Assembly: GCA_964543705.1 (NCBI GenBank) | Contig: CAZIZP010000005.1 | Coordinates: forward strand, 1,612-65,611 | Length of the DNA stretch: 64,000 nt | Source: an uncultured Chitinophagaceae bacterium | GTDB taxonomy: Bacteria; Bacteroidota; Bacteroidia; Chitinophagales; CAIOSU01 | Direction of reading: 5' to 3' | Program-made: the position numbers and the translations under genes | Shown: positions 58,066 to 64,000 of the stretch, piece after piece | Position numbering within the stretch: position 1 is the first letter of the stretch | Layout of the letters: every line of letters starts with the position of its first letter | Notes under the pieces: model-generated | The model's database searches: none | Told to the model about the DNA's origin: nothing | What the model saw: the letters and a program-made list of their open reading frames with translations, nothing else

Positions 58066-59589
58066 ATGAGTATTGCAAAATTTTTTGAAAAGCAAATTGT
58101 AAAACACCTACCCTCAGTTGCAAGAGCGGTACAACGCAGCATGAGCGATGAAAAAAAGATAGAACTAGTAAAAAATGAAATGCGCACCAATCCGGAAATG
58201 TTAGACTCTATATTTCCATATCGGGACAAATATCCTGTTCATACTAAAATGCCCGAAAAGTCTTCGTCAAAAGAAGATGTTTTAAAGCAAATAAAAGAAA
58301 TGCATGCTGCAGAAAGCAGCAGCTGGAAAGGCGGAAAAATTTCCGGTTCATTCTATCATGGCGACCAGGACCATTATGATTTTCTGAATGAAGCTTTTTC
58401 TTATTACTCTCAGGTAAACTCCATTCAGCGCGATGTTTGCCCTTCACTTACCAAATATGAAGGCGAAATTATTTCAATGACCCTTGATTTGTTTAATGGT
58501 AATGCAGTTGAAAAAAGAAGTCCTAAAGAAAAGGCTTGTGGCTCTTTAACCACTGGAGGAACCGACAGTATTTTTCAATCGGTGTATGTTCATCGCGAAT
58601 GGGGTGCAGACAAAGGTATCACTCAGCCTGAAATAATATTGCCTGTTAGTGCCCACCCTGCCTTTTTTAAAGCTGCACATTATTTAAACGTTAAGGTTAT
58701 TACTGTTGGTTTAGACGAAAATTTTCAGGAAGATGTTAAAGCAGTAGAAAGCAAAATAACCCCTAATACCATTATGATTATGGGTTCTGCCGGTAATTAC
58801 GGGCATGGTATTATAGACCCAATAGATAAACTGTCTGACATTGCCGTGAAACATAACGTTGGTCTTCATGTTGACGGCTGTCTTGGCGGGTTTATTTTAG
58901 CTTGGGCCGAGCCATTAGGCATTCCTTGTCCGGTGTTTGATTTTAGGCTGCCCGGGGTTACGGCAATTTCTGCCGACACTCATAAATATGGTTATTCACT
59001 AAAAGGCACCTCAACTGTTTTGTTCAGGAACGAAAAGCTTAGACAATATCAATATAGCGGATATGTTGACTGGCCCGGAGGCATTTATATTTCTACAGGA
59101 TTTAATGGAAGCAAATCAGGAGGGCTTTTTGCTGCAACTTGGGCTGCTATGGTTCATTATGGTAAAGAAGGCTACTTAAAACGGGCAAAAAAAATATTTG
59201 AGGTGAATAGCCAAATAAAAAATATTGTTCGCAGTATTCCTGAGCTAAAACTATTTGGAGATTCACTGTTTATGACTGCCATAGGCTCAGATCAATTCAA
59301 AATTTACCACGTAAACGACTATTTAAAAACTAAGGGTTGGCGCATGAATGGCCAGCAACATCCCGATGGGTTTCATTTTTGTATTACAGGCCCACAAATA
59401 ACTAATGAGGGCATAGTAGAAGAGTTTGAAAAAGATTTAAAAGCCGCAGTAGAATACGCCAAAGTACAAAAAGGTGATCCTAAATCTGCCGCCATGTACG
59501 GAGGTGCAGGAAGAGAAATTGACCCTTCTATGTACTTGCCCATGTTAATTGCTTATACTGATGTAACGCAAAGCACCTATCCATTTTAA
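58066..59589 (+). CDS. PLP-dependent group II decarboxylase-fold enzyme, sphingosine-1-phosphate-lyase-like
   Basis: 507 aa. PLP-lysine context SADTHKYGYSLKGTSTVLFRN matches the S.D.HKYG...KG.S signature of S1P lyases. GGTDSI and HVDGCLGGF motifs also present. Confidence 0.7.
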   Translation: MSIAKFFEKQIVKHLPSVARAVQRSMSDEKKIELVKNEMRTNPEMLDSIFPYRDKYPVHTKMPEKSSSKEDVLKQIKEMHAAESSSWKGGKISGSFYHGDQDHYDFLNEAFSYYSQVNSIQRDVCPSLTKYEGEIISMTLDLFNGNAVEKRSPKEKACGSLTTGGTDSIFQSVYVHREWGADKGITQPEIILPVSAHPAFFKAAHYLNVKVITVGLDENFQEDVKAVESKITPNTIMIMGSAGNYGHGIIDPIDKLSDIAVKHNVGLHVDGCLGGFILAWAEPLGIPCPVFDFRLPGVTAISADTHKYGYSLKGTSTVLFRNEKLRQYQYSGYVDWPGGIYISTGFNGSKSGGLFAATWAAMVHYGKEGYLKRAKKIFEVNSQIKNIVRSIPELKLFGDSLFMTAIGSDQFKIYHVNDYLKTKGWRMNGQQHPDGFHFCITGPQITNEGIVEEFEKDLKAAVEYAKVQKGDPKSAAMYGGAGREIDPSMYLPMLIAYTDVTQSTYPF

Positions 59590-59654
59590 AGTTTTTTTAA
59601 AAAAAGGGAACTGCTGAATCTTAAAATTGAATTGGTACAAATAATTTTTTTTTC

Positions 59655-59662
59655 TACATTTG
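59655..59662 (+). promoter_or_regulatory. Candidate -7 box (TAnnTTTG) for prs
   Basis: TACATTTG, 43 nt upstream of ATG 59706. Confidence 0.45.
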
Positions 59663-59705
59663 CGCTCCCTTACTGTTTAAAAGATTAAGTAGAGGTAAAC
59701 ACTCG

Positions 59706-60641
59706 ATGGAATCAGAAATTAAAATATTCTCAGGAAGCAATTCCCAATACTTAGCTACAAGTATTGCCCAAAAAGCAGGTCAGCCTCTTGGAAACTTAGA
59801 AGTAGTTCGCTTCAGCGATGGCGAATTTCAGCCTATGATTAAAGAATCCGTTCGTGGTTCGGTTTTTTTTATTATTCAATCTACTTTTCCTCCGCAAGAC
59901 AACTTGATGGAATTGCTCATGATTGTTGATGCCGCTAAAAGAGCATCAGCAAGATATATAATTGCTGTTATACCTTATTTCGGCCTTGCCAGGCAAGACC
60001 GTAAAGACCGCCCCAGAGTGGCAATTGGTGCTAAACTAGTAGCCGATTTGCTCGAAACTGCCGGAGTTCATCGCGTGATTACCATGGATTTACATGCCGG
60101 ACAAATTCAAGGTTTTTTTAATATTCCTGTTGACCACTTAAGCAGCTCAGTTGTTTTCTATAAGTATATAGAATCTTTACAGCTTGAAGATTTAACCTTT
60201 GCATCGCCTGATGTTGGCAGCACCAATAGGGCAAGAATTTTTGCTCAGCACTTTAATGCTAATTTGGTTATTTGCGACAAGCACAGAAAGCGCCCCAACG
60301 AAATTGCTTCAATGACAGTTATTGGCGATGTTGCCGATAAAAATGTAATCATTGTAGATGACTTAGTAGATACTGCCGGAACCTTATGTAATGCAGCTCA
60401 ATTATTAATTGACAATGGAGCTAAAAGTGTCCGTGCATTAATTACACATCCGGTTATGTCTGGTAAGGCTTATGAACGTATTGCCGAGTCTGTACTAACT
60501 GAGCTTGTAGTTTGCAATACCATCCCTCTTAAGGATGACAAAAATCAAGAAAAAATTAAAGTGCTTTCAGTTGACGATATTTTCGCTACGGCTATTAGAA
60601 ATGCTTACGAATTCAAATCTATAAACTCATTATTTGTATAA
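59706..60641 (+). CDS. prs: Ribose-phosphate pyrophosphokinase
   Basis: Motifs RFSDGE, YFGLARQDRK, DLHAGQIQGFF and the PRPP loop IIVDDLVDTAGT. Confidence 0.95.
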   Translation: MESEIKIFSGSNSQYLATSIAQKAGQPLGNLEVVRFSDGEFQPMIKESVRGSVFFIIQSTFPPQDNLMELLMIVDAAKRASARYIIAVIPYFGLARQDRKDRPRVAIGAKLVADLLETAGVHRVITMDLHAGQIQGFFNIPVDHLSSSVVFYKYIESLQLEDLTFASPDVGSTNRARIFAQHFNANLVICDKHRKRPNEIASMTVIGDVADKNVIIVDDLVDTAGTLCNAAQLLIDNGAKSVRALITHPVMSGKAYERIAESVLTELVVCNTIPLKDDKNQEKIKVLSVDDIFATAIRNAYEFKSINSLFV

Positions 60642-60719
60642 TAAAGCAAAGTTGACACAACGAGTTGCACGTGTCATTTATTGCGCAATTTTCGGAATAA
60701 ATAAAAACCCATAATTAAA

Positions 60720-61316
60720 ATGAAAACATTAACATTAGAAGGAACCCTAAGAAAAGAATTAGGTAAAAAAAACACCGGTGATTTAAGAAGAAATGGCTTT
60801 GTGCCTTGTAACCTTTATGGCGGTAAAACGAATGTAAACTTTTATGCGCCCTATAACTCGTTTTTAAAGCTAGTTTACAATCCTGATTTTTTTAAAGTAA
60901 ATGTAACCATAGATGGTAAAACCTATGAAACATTAATTAAAGAAATACAATTTAACCCTGTTACAGACAGAATTAGTCACATTGATTTTTTAGAACTTAC
61001 TCCAGGCAAAAAAGTTATTGCTGAAGTGCCATTAAATTTAGTTGGACAATCTGAAGGCGTTAAAGCAGGTGGTAAGCTAATTCAAAAAATGAGAAAACTA
61101 AAAATTAAAGCGACTCCTGAAAACCTAAAGGATGCCGTTGAGGTTAGCATTGAAACTTTAGGGTTAGGTAAGTCTATTTATGTTAGAGATATAAAAGAAG
61201 AAGGCTTGGAAATTATCAACTCTCCTGAAATCCCAGTGGCTTCAATAGAAATTACAAGATCTCTTAGAAGTGCTGAAGCTGAAGCTAAAAAGGCTGAAGG
61301 CACTAAGAAAAAGTAA
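60720..61316 (+). CDS. rplY: 50S ribosomal protein L25 / general stress protein Ctc
   Basis: Motifs LRRNGFVPCNLYG and HIDFLEL, with a Lys/Ala/Glu-rich tail. The position after prs is conserved. Confidence 0.9.
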   Translation: MKTLTLEGTLRKELGKKNTGDLRRNGFVPCNLYGGKTNVNFYAPYNSFLKLVYNPDFFKVNVTIDGKTYETLIKEIQFNPVTDRISHIDFLELTPGKKVIAEVPLNLVGQSEGVKAGGKLIQKMRKLKIKATPENLKDAVEVSIETLGLGKSIYVRDIKEEGLEIINSPEIPVASIEITRSLRSAEAEAKKAEGTKKK

Positions 61317-61452
61317 TTTTTTTCTTTCAAATAATAAAATAAATGCCATAGTCAGTGTGGAAATGTTACAAAATATCACCTGCCAATAAAAAAGTAAAAT
61401 AAGGATGCAGATTTTATTAGGTTTAAGTAAAATAAAAACTGAAAGAAACATG

Positions 61453-61487
61453 AAAGAGGCTGACTCAAAAAGGGTAGCCTCTTTTTT
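61453..61487 (+). terminator. Rho-independent terminator
   Basis: AAAGAGGCT-gactcaaaaagggt-AGCCTCTTTtttg, 137 nt after the rplY stop. Confidence 0.55.
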
Positions 61488-61608
61488 GTAATATTGTTGT
61501 TTATGAAGTCTCATTGTAGTTGATAAATATTATCAATTTTTTGGCTACACTAATCTGTCGAGTTAGCTGTGAGCAATAGAAAGTTTTTAAATAGGTTTTG
61601 CTTTCTTT

Positions 61609-62045
61609 TTAGGCTGCTTTTTTCATGAGGTTATGGGCAATGGCAATAAATCCGAGCTCAATACTTACTTTTTCTTTTCCTCCAAGAATATATCTCCTAA
61701 AGCCTTTGTCTTGTTTGATGTTGCCGAAGACGGCTTCTACATCCTGTGGTCGTTGTTTTCGGTGAGATATGCCTTATGGCTTGTTAAGTTTTTCCAAGCC
61801 TTTTGTTTGGGTTAATTGAGTCGATGATTGACTTTTATTACCCGATTTCTTTTTGCTTTGTGACAAACGACCCGAAACGGACAGCCATTGCAGTTTTGTG
61901 CCTGATAACGGGTGATGGTCTGCTTAAAGCCGTTATCGTTTTTCTTGGTATAGCTACCGATGTTTTTCATCTGCTGTCCCATCGGGCGGACGTAAACCTT
62001 TTTGCGACAAAGCCGACCATTGGAAAAATATTTATTGAGCCACAT
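61609..62045 (-). pseudogene. IS1182-type transposase remnant (C-terminal ~145 codons; in-frame stop plus frameshift, N-terminus missing)
   Basis: Minus-strand translation gives ...YVRPMGQQM...YQAQNCNGCPFRVVCHKAKRNRVIKVNHRLN*, then PKQKAWKNLTSHKA. After a frame change it gives ISHRKQRPQDVEAVFGNIKQDKGFRRYILGGKEKVSIELGFIAIAHNLMKKAA*. This is a C-terminal pattern I recognise from IS1182/IS5-superfamily DDE transposases. Confidence 0.7.
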
Positions 62046-62165
62046 TTAAAAACACGTTTAAATTTAACTTCGGACAAAATTAGATTTCACGGTTGTCAAG
62101 CAGTTAGGCATGACGACCGACCACATTCACGTTCAACTAAAATGACAGACAAAAGGGCTAGACAT

Positions 62166-62277
62166 AACAGCAGTAACTGTTGCACAACTACCATTTAAGA
62201 GATAAAAGTGCAAAAAACGGCTTCATTAAAAGCGTTTTTAGCGAAGCTGCAATACAAAGTAATTTTTTGGGTTGGGG
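62166..62277. repeat. 112-bp direct repeat, copy A (left flank of the Fic cassette)
   Basis: Aligns without gaps to 63153-63264, with 7 mismatches counted by eye (about 94% identity). Confidence 0.85.
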
Positions 62278-62294
62278 TTTTGGGGTGGCTTACA

Positions 62295-62314
62295 AATAGA
62301 TTTTACAATCTATT
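62295..62314 (-). terminator. Hairpin immediately downstream of fic (weak terminator candidate)
   Basis: AATAGATT-ttac-AATCTATT, a perfect 8-bp stem 4 nt after the Fic stop. There is no clear T-run, hence the low confidence. Confidence 0.3.
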
Positions 62315-62317
62315 GTA

Positions 62318-63112
62318 TCATTTTATAGAGTCTTTAAGTGCTTCGGGCAGCATCAACAAAAACGGCAAACATCTATCCCAATAAAGGGCATAATAATTAT
62401 ATCCCAATGCAATGTTTTGATAATAATCAGGACGATTATCCCAATAATATTTTTCAGAATTTATAGACCAAGCCGACAAACCAAGCTTAGACACCAAAAA
62501 CCATTTTTCAAGCAAACGTGCAGACCTTCCATTACCATCCATAAATGGGTGAATTTTTGCAGTCAATAAATGAATCATAGAAGCATAATAAAAAACCTCT
62601 TTGTAAGACAAATCCCGTTTCAATAATTCTGAAATATCAGCAAACAACTTGCTTAATTCTTCATTCACAAATTGTGGCTCCACTGCTAAATAAACAGGTT
62701 TAAGCGTTTTTGAATCGTGAACGCCAACTTGTTGCTTTCTTACTTTTCCTCGTAAATTGGCAGGCAATAAAGTTTTAGCTGAAATTTCGTGAGTTTTTAA
62801 GAAATTAGTTTTGTTCAGGTTGTTTTCAGAGGCAAACTTGTATGCTTTTACTAAATCTTCAATCTCTTGCACTTCTTTTTTCTTTGGAAAACTTTTATTT
62901 CCTCTGTTTCTAAAAAAGCTGTTTGCATCAAGAGTGTTACCCTCAATTTTAGACGAGTATAGCGAAGAAGCTATCAAATAACATTCAAAATCATCAGTTG
63001 TAAATATTGACTTTGACCTTAATTTATGGAATACCTCTAACCAGTCAATTTTGCACTTTAACGAGTATTTATCAAGATATTCGGGTGATATAAATTTCAA
63101 GTGTTTTCCCAT
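62318..63112 (-). CDS. Fic-family protein (AMPylase), class II with N-terminal inhibitory motif
   Basis: Active-site motif HPFMDGNGRSARLL fits HxFx(D/E)GNGRxxR. SSKIEGN matches the (S/T)xxxE(G/N) inhibitory helix upstream of the core. Confidence 0.9.
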   Translation of the reverse strand: MGKHLKFISPEYLDKYSLKCKIDWLEVFHKLRSKSIFTTDDFECYLIASSLYSSKIEGNTLDANSFFRNRGNKSFPKKKEVQEIEDLVKAYKFASENNLNKTNFLKTHEISAKTLLPANLRGKVRKQQVGVHDSKTLKPVYLAVEPQFVNEELSKLFADISELLKRDLSYKEVFYYASMIHLLTAKIHPFMDGNGRSARLLEKWFLVSKLGLSAWSINSEKYYWDNRPDYYQNIALGYNYYALYWDRCLPFLLMLPEALKDSIK

Positions 63113-63116
63113 AAGA

Positions 63117-63124
63117 CAAATTTA
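63117..63124 (-). promoter_or_regulatory. Candidate -7 box (TAnnTTTG) for fic
   Basis: Minus strand reads TAAATTTG, only 4 nt upstream of the ATG at 63112 (a leaderless geometry). It lies in the cassette-specific 40 bp, not in the repeat. Confidence 0.4.
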
Positions 63125-63152
63125 CTATTATTAAATGCATATAACTACCGCC

Positions 63153-63264
63153 AACAGCAGTAACCCTTGCACCACTACCCTTTAAAAGATAAAAGTGCAA
63201 AAAACGGCTTCATTAAAAGCGTTTTAAGCGTAGCTGCAATACAAAGTAATTTTTTGGGTTGGGG
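63153..63264. repeat. 112-bp direct repeat, copy B (right flank of the Fic cassette, upstream of radA)
   Basis: See copy A. The offset between copies is 987 bp. Confidence 0.85.
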
Positions 63265-63339
63265 CACATTAAAAAGCCAATGGCATGCGGGCCCAATTTT
63301 TTCTGAAAAATAAAATGTACTATTGATTACCTTTGGTTT

Positions 63340-64000
63340 GTGGCAAAAACTAAAACCGTATATATCTGTCAAAGCTGTGGCTATCAGTCGCCCAAGTGGG
63401 CAGGCAGGTGCTCTTCGTGTGGCGAGTGGAACACTTTTGTAGAAGAGGTAGTGAGCAAAACAGCCGAAACGGCAAAGCCTGCTAAAAACATTTATGGCGA
63501 AGACCTGGCAGCACCACAATTAATTAACGAGGTGCAATTACAGCAGTCGTTTAGAATAATTACCAAAGATGCTGAACTGAACAGGGTATTGGGTGGCGGC
63601 ATAGTGCCCGGCTCGTTAATACTTATTGGTGGCGAGCCCGGCATTGGCAAATCCACTTTAATGCTGCAACTGGCGTTAAGTTTCGACAATGTAAAAGTGT
63701 TGTATGTAAGTGGCGAAGAAAGCGCCCAGCAAATAAGCATGCGTGCCCAGCGTATTGGCACTAAAAATTCAGCCTGTTATATTATTGCCGAAACCGCTAC
63801 CGACCGGTTATTAAACCAGCTGAAAGAACTAAAACCCGCAGTAGTAATCATAGATTCTATACAAACATTGCAAACCCCTTTTTTAGAATCTACACCCGGC
63901 AGCATTTCGCAAATACGCGAGTGTGCTTCAGAATTGCAACGCTATGCCAAAGAAACCGGTACACCGGTGTTTATTGTGGGGCATATAACCAAAGATGGCA
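63340..64000 (+). CDS. radA: DNA repair protein RadA, 3'-partial (absent from the supplied ORF track because it runs off the window)
   Basis: GTG start, then AKTKTVYICQSCGYQSPKWAGRCSSCGEWNTF (zinc ribbon) and Walker A GGEPGIGKSTLMLQ. The frame is open to base 64000. Confidence 0.9.
   Translation, partial: MAKTKTVYICQSCGYQSPKWAGRCSSCGEWNTFVEEVVSKTAETAKPAKNIYGEDLAAPQLINEVQLQQSFRIITKDAELNRVLGGGIVPGSLILIGGEPGIGKSTLMLQLALSFDNVKVLYVSGEESAQQISMRAQRIGTKNSACYIIAETATDRLLNQLKELKPAVVIIDSIQTLQTPFLESTPGSISQIRECASELQRYAKETGTPVFIVGHITKDG

Noticed and set aside
61405-61491. 28-codon ORF (MQILLGLSKIKTERNM...) after rplY, considered as a relic of the missing pth N-terminus.
   Set aside because: Its spacing does not match the Pth GLGN...TRHN motif. 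Its 3' end is just the terminator hairpin.
61803-62198. 131-aa plus-strand ORF.
   Set aside because: It is antisense to the transposase remnant and runs into repeat copy A. It has no motifs, so it is likely spurious.
62142-62198. Mini-ORFs ending in similar peptides: MTDKRARHNSSNCCTTTI at 62142-62198 and MHITTANSSNPCTTTL at 63135-63185. They could be imagined as RiPP-like precursors.
   Set aside because: The similarity is a by-product of the 112-bp DNA repeat. The N-terminal parts are unrelated, the ORFs are only 16-18 codons long, and no modifying enzymes are nearby.
63175-63761. Two minus-strand ORFs (114 aa and 89 aa) listed in the track.
   Set aside because: They lie antisense to the radA leader and the radA coding sequence. 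The + strand frame carries an unmistakable RadA zinc ribbon and Walker A motif.

Overview
AT-rich Bacteroidota chromosomal segment. The assignment rests on T9SS C-terminal sorting domains, TAnnTTTG -7 promoter boxes, absence of Shine-Dalgarno sequences, and the syntenies ileS-traR/dksA-lspA and glgA-like-DUF4270-glmS. Most of the window is housekeeping (ileS, lspA, gcvH, rnhB, scpA, hflX, glmS, prs, rplY, radA, tRNA-Gln) and cell-envelope genes. The envelope set includes four T9SS cargo proteins, TonB, OmpA-like, LpxH, a GT9 heptosyltransferase, several GT2 and GT-C glycosyltransferases, and an aquaporin. I found no CRISPR array, rRNA or intact prophage. The observations most worth follow-up are these. 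(1) ileS carries GC-rich hairpin elements inserted in frame, plus a very AT-rich expansion of the editing-domain region. (2) A self-contained Fic (AMPylase) cassette is bracketed by 112-bp direct repeats, next to a decayed IS1182-type transposase, between rplY and radA where pth is normally found. (3) The DksA/TraR protein downstream of ileS has a roughly 190-aa histone-H1-like Lys/Ala/Pro N-terminal extension. (4) A divergent cluster encodes two GtrB/ArnC-like GT2s, a methyltransferase and a GT-C enzyme with C-terminal TPRs. (5) A DUF4397 T9SS surface protein is built of 681-bp modules, two of which share a 425-bp perfectly identical core. (6) A RES/Xre toxin-antitoxin pair has a duplicated operator-like palindrome. 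(7) A sphingosine-1-phosphate-lyase-like PLP enzyme is present. All functional calls come from reading motifs in the translations. No database search was run.
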